A DNA stretch of 64,000 bases from Diplonema japonicum. Its lineage: Eukaryota; Protista; Euglenozoa: Diplonemea. Made by a program: the position numbers and the translations under genes. Numbering within the stretch: position 1 is the stretch's first letter; the number at the start of each line of letters is the position of its first letter. The DNA is taken from NCBI GenBank assembly GCA_964019335.1, contig OZ025759.1, positions 1-64,000 on the forward strand, read 5' to 3'. Positions 40,862 through 52,803 of this stretch are shown piece by piece. The notes beneath the pieces are model-generated. The model was not told the DNA's origin. It searched no databases and saw only the letters and a program-made list of their open reading frames with translations.

Positions 40862-41788
40862 ATGTCGACGGAAGTGGAAGATGTGTTGCGGGAGGTTATG
40901 GTGCAAAGGGAACGGGCAGAGAAAGCTGAGAACGCATTGAAGCAAGTATGGCAAAAGCATGATAAATTCATCCCCACCCCACCCCCCCCACAGGCGGAAA
41001 CCCGACATGCTTATGAGCTAAAGGTTCTACAAAGCAGGATGAACGCGCTGAAAAAAGAAAACGAAATGCGAAAAAAAGTTGTGGAGAAACTATTGTGGGA
41101 GGAGGATAAAGAAAAGGAAGAGGATGAGGACGCATGGGGGGACTTCGAGGAGGAAGACCAAGAAGAAGAAATAGAAGAAGAGGAAGATGAAGAAGAAGAG
41201 GAAGAACCGATCCCACCGAAGGTTGCAAAGCCGAAAGAGCAACAGAAAGTCGAAGACGATCGCCACAACGAGTTGATGTGTATGGCAAAACAGGTGATGG
41301 CTGAACTGGACCTTGAAAAAGAAGAGATTATCAACGGTAAAGAGAAAACCGAGATACTTTCGGGGCAAACAGTTCGGTTCAGAGTGGGCGACCCCAACAC
41401 CAGGCCTAGGAACCTGCCTGTTACTCCCAAGCCTGACCCTCCCAAGGCGAAAATACCTCCGCAAGACTTTACTACGCCCCATCGGTACCCCTGCCCCACC
41501 TGCCTCACTGACATTTTATCCTGGGTCGACAGATGCCCTTCTTGTGGGATGCCTACAAGCAAGGAAGGCCTCTCTGCCATCCCTACCCTGTCTGCCTCTA
41601 TGCCTGACTCACCTAAACAGCAAAACACTGACGAAATATCTCAAGAAGATGACGCGTACGAATACGATTTGCTGAAGCCCCGTAAACCGCAGCGAACAGG
41701 AGTCAAGCCTGGTGTAAAACAATACAAGAAATCCCAAAAAGCCCAGCTCAACAGCGGCAAAGGAGCATCGTCAGCCATGCGTTTGTGA
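40862..41788 (+). CDS. Coiled-coil/acidic protein with CxxC-CxxC zinc ribbon
   Basis: ATG 40862; CPTC...CPSCG; poly-Glu tract. Confidence 0.75.
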   Translation: MSTEVEDVLREVMVQRERAEKAENALKQVWQKHDKFIPTPPPPQAETRHAYELKVLQSRMNALKKENEMRKKVVEKLLWEEDKEKEEDEDAWGDFEEEDQEEEIEEEEDEEEEEEPIPPKVAKPKEQQKVEDDRHNELMCMAKQVMAELDLEKEEIINGKEKTEILSGQTVRFRVGDPNTRPRNLPVTPKPDPPKAKIPPQDFTTPHRYPCPTCLTDILSWVDRCPSCGMPTSKEGLSAIPTLSASMPDSPKQQNTDEISQEDDAYEYDLLKPRKPQRTGVKPGVKQYKKSQKAQLNSGKGASSAMRL

Positions 41789-41964
41789 GAATGGTTAGAT
41801 AAAAAAAAGGAGGTGCAAAGTATTTAAAAAAAAAAAAAGAGATGAAGACATATAGAGAGATGGTCATACTTCTTCACCCCCACTTTTTTTTCCCCCCTTG
41901 GTGCCCTCGCCTTCTTTTTTTTTTTTTTAAAGAAAAAAAAAAAAAGAGGGGGGCCTCAACACCA

Positions 41965-44900
41965 ATGGCTAGCGAAGTCAAAGAGATAAAGGATATTGAA
42001 GACAGTGGCATCATCGCGGGTGCGAGGCTTCAGTCGGATGTCGTCAGAGATGTCGTGGGCGAGGGGTGGAGGGACCGTGTGACAATGGCTGCGAAACAAG
42101 ACGAGACGCAGCTGTTACGCGCAAAGGCGTCCGAGGAAAACCTGGAAAAAGAAATCGAACAGCTCCACAAGCGTGCAGCTACGGGTGATGCAGTGGCAGA
42201 ACTTCTGGGCGCAAAAAGAGCCAGGCTGGAATTCATACGAAACCAGATACTCTCATTACAACAAAAAGCCGAGACATCCAGAGCCCACGCCAAAGCCCTC
42301 CCCATGTCACTTTCAATAGATACCCCTTTGGCACCCTCTGTAGCAAAGGGCATGGACACGCCATCTGTACTCACAACACCCATCACGGCAGTCCGAGTCA
42401 AGCCCCCCCCGAAACCCTCCTCGGTGCCAAAGGTGGTCTCGACAGCCGTGAAAACCGATGGTGGTTACATGCTGCAAGATTACGACCGATCAGAAAAACT
42501 GTCTAAGTTAGGTGCCCCCGATCTTCCGTTGTTTACAGACAAGGCGCCGGTTGTTGAAATGCAGCATCTTCACGAGACGGATGAGGTGGATGAAGCGTCT
42601 GTCATGTGCGATAGCATGAGTGACGACGATCGTTCTTCCAGTTCTTCCTCTTCATCGTCGTCGTCATCGTCTTCGAGCAGTTCTTCTTCATCCTCCTCGA
42701 GCGGGGGGGTTGTCAGCATAAGGAATAAACAAAAATTACCCCCTGTCACAACCGGGACCCCATCGACCACCCCGCCTCCTAATGTCATCGAGATTAACAA
42801 TCGGTCGGACCCGCTTCAGGGCGAGGTCAACAAGGTGGCGAAGCTCATGGCACAGTACGCGGTCACCGACGACGCGACCCCCGGGACGTACTCCGCGAGG
42901 GTGAAGCTCTGGAAAGAAACTCGAAAAACGGTCAAAAAAGCGGAAAAATTACGCCAAAAGGCGGCTACAAAAATGATGGAGGCACCGACACCCCCTGTTA
43001 CATCTCCCACCGACAGTGATGATGATGAGTTTGCCCCAGAAGACGATATATCTGGGTCAGTTTCAGATCCGGATGACGATGAAGAGGAAGAGGAAGTGGT
43101 GTTTCAAGGCGGGAAGGGAAAACCCCAGCTCCGCCTCGCAGCTTCAACGTGGGACTCCCTGTTCAGATACCAACAAACATGCGTGAAATGGTTGTGGGAG
43201 CTCCATCTCCAGAAGGTAGGCGGCATCGTCGGCGACGAAATGGGTTTGGGCAAAACCGTCCAGGTCATCTCGTTCCTGGGCGGTCTGCAACGATCCGGTT
43301 TGCTGACCCGCCCTGTCCTCGTCGTGTCCCCCGCAACATTGATCAAACAATGGATTAGAGAGTTCCATAAATGGGCGCCGGAAATGCGTGTGGTTGCCAT
43401 GCATTCTTCAGGTGGGCACACTGGTACACACGAGTCGCTTCTTCGTGGATTGCCAGCAGGGAAGTCTGTTGTCATCGCAACGTACAATGGAATGCGCAAT
43501 GACATTAAAATGTTAGCGGAGTACGGGTTTGCCTACGTCATACTGGACGAGGGGCATCATATTAGGAACCACCAGTCGCTGGCGGCGAAGGCGATTAAGC
43601 AGCTACCGACACCTCACCGTATCGTGTTGACAGGCTCGCCTTTACAGAACAGGCTGGCGGAGCTTTGGTCGTTGTTTGATTTTGTGTACCCCGGGAAGCT
43701 GGGCGATCTGCCCACGTTTTCCAAAACATTCGAAGTTCCCATCAACACAGGCGGGTTTCACTTTGCAGCCCCGCAACAAATCGCCACGGCGTACAGCTGC
43801 TGTGTTAAACTCAGGGAGCTCACTGCACCGTACCTTTTGAGAAGGGTGAAGAAAGATGTTGTCGAGCTTCCGAAGAAGACGGAAACAGTTTTGTTTTGCA
43901 AGCTGATGATCCCGCAGGTTGTAGCGTACGCCGAATATCTGCAGTCAGACGAAATGAAGACTGTAATGGAACAGAAGCAAGTCACCGTTGCAAGGCAAAA
44001 CCGTGTGAGAGAAGAGCGAAAATATTACGCTGACGGGCGTAACGATGCATATGAAGACGCGCTTCGACGGCATAAAGCGCAACGTGAAAACAGGGCACCC
44101 GTAGCACTTCAAGCCATCCATGTGCTTCGTAAAATCTGCAACCACCCTCAACTGTACCAAAACCCCGACGGTACCGATCTCAGCGTGGACTCCTCCGCGA
44201 AGCTGCGTGTTGTGAAGTATCTCCTCCCGAAGTGGAAAAGCGAGAACCACAAGTGTTTGATCTTCTCGCAGTCCAAAGCCATGCTCGACATTCTAGAAAA
44301 GCTTCTCTCATCAATGGGGTACCTGTACATTAGAATGGACGGGACAACCCGCATCCCCGACAGGATGCCGTTGATCGACCGATTCAACAAAACCCCTCAG
44401 ATCTTCGCGGCGCTGCTGACCCCAAAGGTCGGCGGTCTCGGTGTGAATTTAACAAGCGCGAACCGGGTTTTAATCTACGATCCGGACTGGAACCCGGTAA
44501 CGGACATCCAAGCCAGGGAAAGATCCTGGAGGATCGGCCAGCGAAAGGAAGTGGTCATCTACAGGCTGGTGACACAGGGCACCATCGAGGAGAAGATCTA
44601 CCAACGACAGGTTTTCAAATCGCACCTGACGGACAGGGTTTTGAACGATCCGAAAAGCAAAAAACTGTTCGACTCAGCAGACCTCAAAGGCCTGTACACG
44701 CTCTCCACTGAATATAGGGAAATGTACAAAGCATACCTAGTGGATCAAGCAAAACTTCGTAAATCCATGACAGTGTCACCTCCACGTGATGACGACGATG
44801 TGATCATGGCGTCAGTCCGTGACCTTGTTGGGGAGAAGGGTCTCTCTGCAAAGGAAGTAATTTCAAAAAAACAGGAAATCGTGGAAACGTCATGGGGGTA

Positions 44901-45700
44901 CGAGGTGGAGGACAAGGAGAAGGACAAGGCTGCAAGAGAAGCGAGCAACTCACCACCTCCAAAACCAAAACGTCCCGCCCCGTCGGTGTCCCAAGCTAAC
45001 GGAAGGGGCATCAAAGTTGCCGACTACGACGGTTCAAAGTACCAACCCACATCAACACCCGCTCCTGATAACGTTGATCTGATGAAGAGCGTGCTGGACG
45101 GGTCGTCCATAAAGCACAGTGCTGACTACGAAAAGGTTATGCGGCAGAATGGAGATTCAATCAGAAAGGAAGCCGATCGTATTGCGAAGCTGGCTGAGCT
45201 CGAACTGCGCCGGAGTTCACGGCGACCCCCAGGCGGCACCCCGCAGACCGAGAGAAAGCGGCAACGTGAGCCTGATCACACACAAAACACCCCGAAGCGG
45301 CGTAGGGAACACAACCCCGAAGAACGCCGGCAGAAGAAAGAGGCCCAGAAAGTCGAAGACCTGGAAAAAATCGCGCAACAGCACTACGCGGCACCTCATT
45401 CTTCGGACATTACCGCGACTATGGAAGATCAGCTTAGGGTATGTGGGGGGGAAACATTTAAATATAATACACAAAAATATAGTTGCATATTGGTACCGGT
45501 GAGCACCCCACCGCAAAAATCTTGGAGATGTTCGGAAAGAAGATCGGGACTGGAGTCGGGCAGGTGTGGTGGATGCAAAAAAAAAAAAAAAAATGTAGAT
45601 GCCGGCTTCGTCCTTCCGTGCCAGCCTCAGCAAAGTTGCGTCATTCAGCAAAACAACGGGGCTCTGGAAGCTGCGATCCAAACAATCCTTGGACTATTAA
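41965..45700 (+). CDS. ERCC6: CSB/ERCC6 (Rad26) SNF2-family ATPase; exons 41965-45438, 45483-45563, 45599-45700
   Basis: LFRYQQTCVKWLWELH, GGIVGDEMGLGKT, LDEGHHIRN, DPDWNPVTDIQARERSWRIGQ; the two spliced 3' exons give a CSB-type winged helix (TAKILEMF...FRASLSKVASF...WKLR). Confidence 0.92.
45439..45482 (+). other. Spliceosomal intron (44 nt, GTATGT...AATATAG), no polypyrimidine tract
   Basis: Excision restores the CSB winged-helix frame. Confidence 0.85.
45564..45598 (+). other. Spliceosomal intron (35 nt, GTGTGG...poly-A...TGTAG)
   Basis: Excision restores the FRASL..WKL end of the CSB winged helix. Confidence 0.8.
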
Positions 45701-46122
45701 AGACCCTATTAATTTTTTTTTTTTAAAAGAAGAAGAAGAAGAAGAAAAAAGAAGCTCTCAATGGGTTTTTTATTTATTTAGAGAGAGGGGTGGTACCTCA
45801 CCCTCGATCCCTTTTTTATTTAAATCTTTTATTTATTTTTTATACATGGGTGTCCATCCTTTTTTTTTTTAAAGAACAAAAAAAAAATCAAACACCTCTT
45901 ACCCCCATGTATGTGTGCAGATGTTTTCCTTTATTTTTTTTCCGCTTTTTTTTTATATTCATACCTCTCTCTGTTTTTCCCCCTTCTCCCCCTTCTTTTT
46001 ATTTTATTTTATTTTTTTTGCCCAGTTCTTTTTCTAAATAACCTGGACTTTTTTTTTTTTTTTGTTCTTCTTTTTTTTTTAAAAAAAAAAAGGATGGCAA
46101 CAAGAAAAACAAAGAGGAAACC

Positions 46123-47766
46123 ATGGCGGAGGGCTGTCACGTCCTCGAGGGGAACGGGTGCATCCCAAGCTTCTGCCACTACGTGTGGAAGAAAAAACAC
46201 AGCTCGGTCTACAACCACCACGACCTGAAGGTCCCGAGCACGGTCGTGTACTGTGACGGCTTCCCAAAAGAATGGTTCGTCATGACAAAGCAAGGCGAAC
46301 TAGAACGAAGGCTCGGCAAAGATATCACGACAAAAGAAATATTCCGGGACATGTGCCAGCACGGAGTCAACCTAAACCCCGAGGGAACTATCGTTGCATG
46401 GTATATGTACAAAGTCCAAACAATAGGAAACCCTGTAGTCGAATTCTTCGACAAAAAAGGCCTGAACCTCTTCCTCCACGGTGACGTAGCACGACGCGAT
46501 GGATTCCTTCAAAAATTTATCTTCCCAGATGGTAAACGAAACGTTGTCATACAAGCAATCTGGTCACCAAACCCCTTAGCACAGGTTATCGGAAAGCGAG
46601 AGAACAATCTATGCTTCAACGATCGAAGACACCCCATGATGGATCGTGCCATAACTTATGAAGGGCCGATACACTACAGCAGGGAGGCCTTCGTCGCACC
46701 CCACATACAGTGGCAGGTTAAACGGTTGTGCCAGGATTTCGTCGATCATTTTTACAATACAGACCATATCCCTATACGGAGAATGGTGCTCCACTTCAAG
46801 GTAGATCGAGACGCTGACGTATGGGTGCTGTGGTGCTCGTCCATGAGGATTCTTTCATTCGGTCGGAGGAATCCTCTTGAGCTTGGTGTTGAATACCTGT
46901 CCAAAGACGTAATCGACTGTACGCTGGCGGACACCAAGAACATGTCGCTGCTCGAGGGAACAATTCCTCATTCTTGTGATCTTGGTAATGAGGTGGTGGA
47001 AAAAAAAGATGAAACTCTTAATATTCTAGAGTACGACCCGGCCCCGCCGACCCTTGGGCCTCTTGGAAACATTTACAGCAGTTGCCATCGGTTTAACGAT
47101 CGCATGCTGCGTGTTAAAAGAAACCGGAAGAAATCTGCGGTGAACATTGTGTTACCAAGACCGCCGCAACCTGCTCCAGAACATCACCATAGAGCAAGGC
47201 AGCGCAGCAATGAATTGAAATATCTACCTTTTTTCGACAAGGAACAACGTGGCGGGAATGAATGGGACATTCTAAGCGAACCTCTTCCGAAACCATCGGC
47301 GCTGTACTTTTGGGAGCTTTTGAAGATTGCTCTCCACACGAAGTTTCTTGTCGTTATGGCTTACAAGCAGTCTTTTATGGATTGGATCCAATTGTACTCG
47401 ACCATCGAGCACAGCAAGGTGGAGAGACATGTTTCGAAAACGGAGGTCACGATGCCGCTCTTCTTATTCGAGTTCGCTGGGAAGCATCTCATACCGTTCC
47501 TCGCGTCTCAGCAGATCACCATTCGCACCACGAGCTCCCGCCACCACTTCGAGGACAATATCACGTATCTTCAAAACCTCGTGAAGTGCAACAACACCAT
47601 CACGATGAGCATCGGCAAGCAGCGTTCGTCGAACATCCTGTGGAACAAGATCCGACAGTTCTGCGACTCACACTTCAGTGAAAAACTCGCGTTCGTGAAA
47701 AAGGAGTTTGAGTTCTACAAACAAAAAGCGATGCAACGCGAGATGCTGCGCATCGGTTTAAGCTAA
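46123..47766 (+). CDS. Hypothetical protein (547 aa), possibly ATP-grasp-like
   Basis: Long ORF; GFLQKFIFP, IQAIWSP, MVLHFKVD..VWVLWC motifs look conserved; fold is inference. Confidence 0.75.
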   Translation: MAEGCHVLEGNGCIPSFCHYVWKKKHSSVYNHHDLKVPSTVVYCDGFPKEWFVMTKQGELERRLGKDITTKEIFRDMCQHGVNLNPEGTIVAWYMYKVQTIGNPVVEFFDKKGLNLFLHGDVARRDGFLQKFIFPDGKRNVVIQAIWSPNPLAQVIGKRENNLCFNDRRHPMMDRAITYEGPIHYSREAFVAPHIQWQVKRLCQDFVDHFYNTDHIPIRRMVLHFKVDRDADVWVLWCSSMRILSFGRRNPLELGVEYLSKDVIDCTLADTKNMSLLEGTIPHSCDLGNEVVEKKDETLNILEYDPAPPTLGPLGNIYSSCHRFNDRMLRVKRNRKKSAVNIVLPRPPQPAPEHHHRARQRSNELKYLPFFDKEQRGGNEWDILSEPLPKPSALYFWELLKIALHTKFLVVMAYKQSFMDWIQLYSTIEHSKVERHVSKTEVTMPLFLFEFAGKHLIPFLASQQITIRTTSSRHHFEDNITYLQNLVKCNNTITMSIGKQRSSNILWNKIRQFCDSHFSEKLAFVKKEFEFYKQKAMQREMLRIGLS

Positions 47767-47896
47767 CAAAACGGGGACGAGGTGAGTACATTTACATGTA
47801 CGGGCGTGGGGTTATTATTATTATTATTTTTTTTTTTCATTTTCATTCTCGTTTCTTTTCCTGTCGAAGTTCCACCGAAGAAAGGGCGGGGGTGGG

Positions 47897-48256
47897 ATGG
47901 CCAGCATACGCAAGATGGTGCTAGCAGGGTCGCGGATATCTAGGAAAACTATCGATGTTTTGGACGGTGACAGGCACGACAAGGTGACCCACGCCAACAA
48001 CTGGTCGTGGTATGAGGTTGAGAACGCACACATGAACCCGCTAACATTCGGGAGGCACTGGGGTCACCCGAAACACCCACACTTCGCGGGAGAATGGAAA
48101 AAATCAGAGGGACACTTCCAGTTCGGTGGGGCTCAGTCGGAGGTCGAACAAATCGAACGCCGACAGCTTCGGGGCAAACACTCCCCCGTCACCGGGATGG
48201 GCAAGAAGGCAATGGAGGCTAAAAAGGGCAAAATGAAGAAGGTCAAGAAGAAGTAG
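47897..48256 (+). CDS. Mitochondrial small-subunit ribosomal protein mS33-like
   Basis: Small basic protein ending ERRQLRGKHSPVTGMGKKA, matching the mS33 RGK.PP.KG.GK.A pattern. Confidence 0.6.
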   Translation: MASIRKMVLAGSRISRKTIDVLDGDRHDKVTHANNWSWYEVENAHMNPLTFGRHWGHPKHPHFAGEWKKSEGHFQFGGAQSEVEQIERRQLRGKHSPVTGMGKKAMEAKKGKMKKVKKK

Positions 48257-48354
48257 AATTGAAATATTTTCCTCCCCTCTTATAGTGTTTTTTGTTTTGT
48301 TTTTTGTTTTTTCCCGTTTTTTTTGTGTTTCATCCTTCCCCCCCCATCTCACTT

Positions 48355-48392
<38 letters not shown>

Positions 48393-48409
48393 AGAAGAAA
48401 AAAAAAACT

Positions 48410-49033
48410 ATGTCGCGCTCAGCCTCCAGGCCGACAAACTCAGGGACACTTGAAATAAATGTTGGCGGTGTGATTTATGAAACGACGCCCGGGAGGGTGA
48501 CCAGTGAAGCGAGCCAGCTGAAGACAATGCTAACAGAAAGGTCATATTTAGACAAGGAGGGAAGGGTTTTCATTGACAGAGATGGTGAGTTGTTCCGCTA
48601 CGTGCTTGCGTACCTGAGAGACAGGACAACACCCCTTCCCGACGACCTCTTCACGCTGAAAAAACTGCGAAATGAAGCAGTATTCTACGATTTAACGGCG
48701 ATGGTGGGGTATATTGAGAAAAAGCTTTCGCTAGTCTCATCCGAGCGCAACCCGCGTATCATTGAGATAAAAGAATACACCTTGGAAACCCCAACCGGAG
48801 TTCCCGAGATTCTCTGCACCCCTCTCCCTGCCGTCCTCGAGCCTTTGTATCTAACTTTTGACGCCATCCCGGTCAGCAAGTATGGAAAGGACTCGTCACG
48901 TTTGAACACAGTGAAGCATGCTGAAAGCGTCCCGCAAATTGCAGGTATCCTTCATGAACAGGCTGGGTACCGGACCATCGGTTTCAGCAACGGCGCTGTG
49001 TTGATGCAGCGCAATGATTATGCATCCGCGTGA
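48410..49033 (+). CDS. BTB/POZ (KCTD-type T1) domain protein
   Basis: INVGGVIYETT, FIDRDGELFRYVLAYLRD, EAVFYDL. Confidence 0.92.
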   Translation: MSRSASRPTNSGTLEINVGGVIYETTPGRVTSEASQLKTMLTERSYLDKEGRVFIDRDGELFRYVLAYLRDRTTPLPDDLFTLKKLRNEAVFYDLTAMVGYIEKKLSLVSSERNPRIIEIKEYTLETPTGVPEILCTPLPAVLEPLYLTFDAIPVSKYGKDSSRLNTVKHAESVPQIAGILHEQAGYRTIGFSNGAVLMQRNDYASA

Positions 49034-49041
49034 CAGACGCA

Positions 49042-49076
<35 letters not shown>

Positions 49077-49165
49077 TCCCCCTTTCTCCCGGCGGCTTAC
49101 ATACCCGCATTGTGCATTTGCGTACCCACAAAAAAGATTTTTTTTTTTTACAGGGGCAAAAAAAT

Positions 49166-50860
49166 ATGTCCTTAAAAAGATGCTTGATCCATCTTAACAA
49201 AACCGCGGCACGAGGTGCTGTTCAGGACCCGTCCATGGTGATGGATGGGGCACCGTTGGATTGGACGGACGGGCAGATGGCAGCTTACATGAAGCAGAGG
49301 TTCAAGCGCGACACTGGCGGGGGGAGAAACAGGGTGAAGGTCGCAGCCGAGATGGAACACACCGTCCAAACGCTCCTCAAGAAGGACTGCATAATGGGAA
49401 AATTCACCCTCTCCCTGCTCATAAACTACTATGGAAGGCTCGGGATGTGGAGAAAGGCGTGGAACACGTTTCAACGACACCACGGGAAGATGATCTTCGC
49501 CGACCAAGCCCTGTTCGATTCCCTTCTCTTCGCCGCGACAAAAACGAGAGATTTCAAAGAAGTCGAAATGGTCATAAGGCTCGCGGCAACCCACGGCGTC
49601 AAGATCTCGGAAAGAGGTTGGAACTCCGCACTCCGCGTGGCCATAGACCTCCCCGACAAAAACCCGACGAGAAAAATATTAAAACGGATTAAATCCGATC
49701 TCCCGGAAGGTTCCTCGCACTTCTCAGTGCATACGTACAACGTTATTCTTCGCGGTGTAGTTTCAGTGGAGAAAACCTGGCAGATATATGACAGCATTGT
49801 GGAATCAGGTCAGCAACCCGACATGGCGACCTTCGGGGCCATGATGCATGGTATCGCGTCGCACGGTGACAAAACCGATATTTCCAGGCTTTTCAAAACA
49901 ATAGACTCATACGGGCTGAGCCACAAGAACAACTGGATCAACAACGAGCTCATGAGGTACTTCCGGCGAACCGGCGATCTGGACGGTGCATTTCTATTGT
50001 TCGAAGATGTAGTCGACAACGCAGACACCGACTACAACCTGTCATCCCCATTTGTAGCACTGTTCATCGGCCTCTGCACACAATGTTCAAAAAGAAAAGG
50101 AGACAGAGGCGACCGTCTAGTGGATATGGCGTATTTTAATGCGGAAAAAAACGGTGTGTTGCACTGTAGCAGGCTAATGCTCGCCTTTCTCCGTCACTAT
50201 GGTGACACAGGCCGCACCACCGATGCTGGTAACCTTGTTCAACGCATGGAAGCAAATGGCATCAAAGCGCCTAACGATCTCCACCACACTATGTACGGCA
50301 GTGAGCGGAAACACTCCACACTGAAGGACAACAACCGTACTTTATGTAAAGTACCAGACGCGGGAGAGCATTCTCGTCAAATGGTAACCATGCTGCGGCA
50401 AGGGAAGTTGAGCGAGGTGCCGCCCATCCTCGCGAGGCTTGCGAAGAGATCTTCATTCGAGGAAAAGTACATTCTCGAAGAGGTCGGTGTGCTAAGCGCT
50501 TACGCTGTTCTTAATGAACCGATCAAGCAAACATTCTACAGCCATTCCCTTTCCGAACAAGGCCTTGTCCTCTTTATACTTGGAATTGTAATGGCATCGT
50601 CACGAATCTACACTTTCTCCACTCCGCTCATTCCTGAAGATCTCTGCACGCACTTCGTGAAGGCTGAGTCGGACCTCCAGACAGCCATCAACGCTGTGCT
50701 GGTCGTCTCGTCTGCGTACTCCGATGACAAACGGCTGTCAATGGCCGCCGATGAGACGCATCGTTTGCAAAGCAAAATGCGGTTTGTAAAACCTTCAAGA
50801 CGCCCTGCTCCGAACAAGCTCAGAAAAGCCCTTCCATCGGTTGAAGAAACGGTGTTTTAA
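49166..50860 (+). CDS. Pentatricopeptide repeat (PPR) protein, probably mitochondrial
   Basis: SLLINYYGRLGMWRKAW, HTYNVILRG, QPDMATFGAMMHG, RRTGDLDGAFLLF. Confidence 0.85.
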   Translation: MSLKRCLIHLNKTAARGAVQDPSMVMDGAPLDWTDGQMAAYMKQRFKRDTGGGRNRVKVAAEMEHTVQTLLKKDCIMGKFTLSLLINYYGRLGMWRKAWNTFQRHHGKMIFADQALFDSLLFAATKTRDFKEVEMVIRLAATHGVKISERGWNSALRVAIDLPDKNPTRKILKRIKSDLPEGSSHFSVHTYNVILRGVVSVEKTWQIYDSIVESGQQPDMATFGAMMHGIASHGDKTDISRLFKTIDSYGLSHKNNWINNELMRYFRRTGDLDGAFLLFEDVVDNADTDYNLSSPFVALFIGLCTQCSKRKGDRGDRLVDMAYFNAEKNGVLHCSRLMLAFLRHYGDTGRTTDAGNLVQRMEANGIKAPNDLHHTMYGSERKHSTLKDNNRTLCKVPDAGEHSRQMVTMLRQGKLSEVPPILARLAKRSSFEEKYILEEVGVLSAYAVLNEPIKQTFYSHSLSEQGLVLFILGIVMASSRIYTFSTPLIPEDLCTHFVKAESDLQTAINAVLVVSSAYSDDKRLSMAADETHRLQSKMRFVKPSRRPAPNKLRKALPSVEETVF

Positions 50861-50899
50861 AAAAAAAAAAAAAACCCCTTTTTTTTTCTCCCTCATCTT

Positions 50900-50932
<33 letters not shown>

Positions 50933-50994
50933 CGCCCAAGGTTGGGGGAAGAAAGAAGGAAAAGAAAAAAAAAAAAAAAAGAAAAGAGAAAGAA

Positions 50995-52155
50995 ATGCTA
51001 CCAGAGATAGCAAAGGGAATCCCGTTCCAACTGCGGTCGGCGTTGAGCCGACCGACGTTTGGAAAAGAGGCCACATGGGCGTGGAGGGAGTACTGCGAAA
51101 CATGGATGAAAAACAGATGCTCGACAAACCCACGAGAGGCGTTTGAATTCGTGACGAACAACGGGTGTGCGAAGGCAGGTGTGGTTCTGAGCGACACCAC
51201 CATGTCCTACATGGTCAACTCCATGCATCACTCAATGAACCCCCGAAATGCAACAAAGCACGATGACATGCGACGCCACCTTCACGAGATCATCGACTAC
51301 AGCAAAGAACGCCACAGAGCAGGCACCTCAACCTACGAAAACTACATAAAATGCATGAAACCGCGTCAACCCAACCCGAATAACAGTATGTTCTACAACG
51401 CGAACATGGAGATCCTTGAGGCGATGGTGTACGATGCCGCACTGCCCAAACCCACTACAGTCCACTTTGCGACAGTAATGCGAAATTTGAACAGCATGGG
51501 GTACCCAGATGTGCTCGTGGTGTGCAATGAACTTCAACGTATGATGGAAATGTTGAAGATAGAACCTGATGTACTGTTCACAACCGAACGCCATGTGAGC
51601 CAGGTCAGGATGCTGCATTCTGTTGATGCGTTGATTGAAGAACACAACCAGCTGGCCCACCTGTCGTTCCCACCTGAGTACTATGTGAAGATCGGGCAGG
51701 TTTTGAACAGGTTGAACACCAGTGCTTCACAACAGTGGTCGGACTTCTGCAAAAGCCGTGATATTGTGTTTGCTGGCAAAAACGCTGTGCACCTCTTTGT
51801 TACGTGCAAAACGGGAGCCGAGGTGGTGAAACTAGCCGAGGCCGAGGTTAAGAAGGAACGTGAGGCGGGTGTTGTGCAGTTATACAGCAAGGCTCTGGAA
51901 CGTCTTTTCCAGCTCGATTTGTTTGGTGATTTCCTGATTTTCTACAAGAAATGGGTTCAGGTTTGTCCGGCCCTTCGTCACCACCCCCGCAGAGCTTACG
52001 AGTTTGTGAGGGCCGCCCACAAGATTGTGATCAGCAACAATTCCCCGACAAAACAGCTTCTTCACTCCGCACAAGCGGTCATAAGGCCCTTTTCCGCTCA
52101 GGTCCCATATGAGATAAAACGGTTGTTGGAGGATATCGACCGTAGATGCTCTTAG
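50995..52155 (+). CDS. PPR-like helical repeat protein
   Basis: PTTVHFATVMR, MEMLKIEPDV, STYENYIK PPR-like motifs. Confidence 0.6.
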   Translation: MLPEIAKGIPFQLRSALSRPTFGKEATWAWREYCETWMKNRCSTNPREAFEFVTNNGCAKAGVVLSDTTMSYMVNSMHHSMNPRNATKHDDMRRHLHEIIDYSKERHRAGTSTYENYIKCMKPRQPNPNNSMFYNANMEILEAMVYDAALPKPTTVHFATVMRNLNSMGYPDVLVVCNELQRMMEMLKIEPDVLFTTERHVSQVRMLHSVDALIEEHNQLAHLSFPPEYYVKIGQVLNRLNTSASQQWSDFCKSRDIVFAGKNAVHLFVTCKTGAEVVKLAEAEVKKEREAGVVQLYSKALERLFQLDLFGDFLIFYKKWVQVCPALRHHPRRAYEFVRAAHKIVISNNSPTKQLLHSAQAVIRPFSAQVPYEIKRLLEDIDRRCS

Positions 52156-52159
52156 CAGC

Positions 52160-52190
<31 letters not shown>

Positions 52191-52260
52191 CCTTCTGTTT
52201 TTTCTTTCTTCTCTGTGGATGTTCATCTCATATAGGAAAAGAAAAAGAAGAAAAATAAGA

Positions 52261-52803
52261 ATGATCTCAAGAGTGCTGCTCGTCCTGCTCGTCGGGAGCT
52301 GCGCGTCTGGTCAGCTCTCGGACGTGGAGATCAGCAACATCGACAGGGTGAACCCTCCTTCCTTCGTCACTACCAATGTCAGCATTTCCTTCGTATGTGC
52401 CGTTTACAACAAACAACCCCCCTTCCCCTTCCCATTCCCCTTCCCCTTACAGAACATGAACTGCGTTGATGAGACTGGCACGTGCTTCACCCGTACAGGA
52501 ACGACACCCGGGACTTTCCAAAGGTATTGGGGAGGAAAGAAAAAAAGAGGGGAAAAAAAAAAAACAAGGGCGACCTTCGTGGGACACCTTGTGACTGCTC
52601 TTAACGCACACGCGGCCTCCGTGAACACTGCTGCTGGCAACGCTGCCGCCGCTGCGTGGACCACAACGGCAGCTGCTGTGCAGTGGGACAGAGTGGTCGA
52701 GGCCACATCGCCTTTCGCAGAGCAGGAGGTGCAGACCATCGAGGGCACCATGATCACTGACACCAACTACTGGAACGTGTTGTATGTACCGCCAGAAAAA
52801 AAA

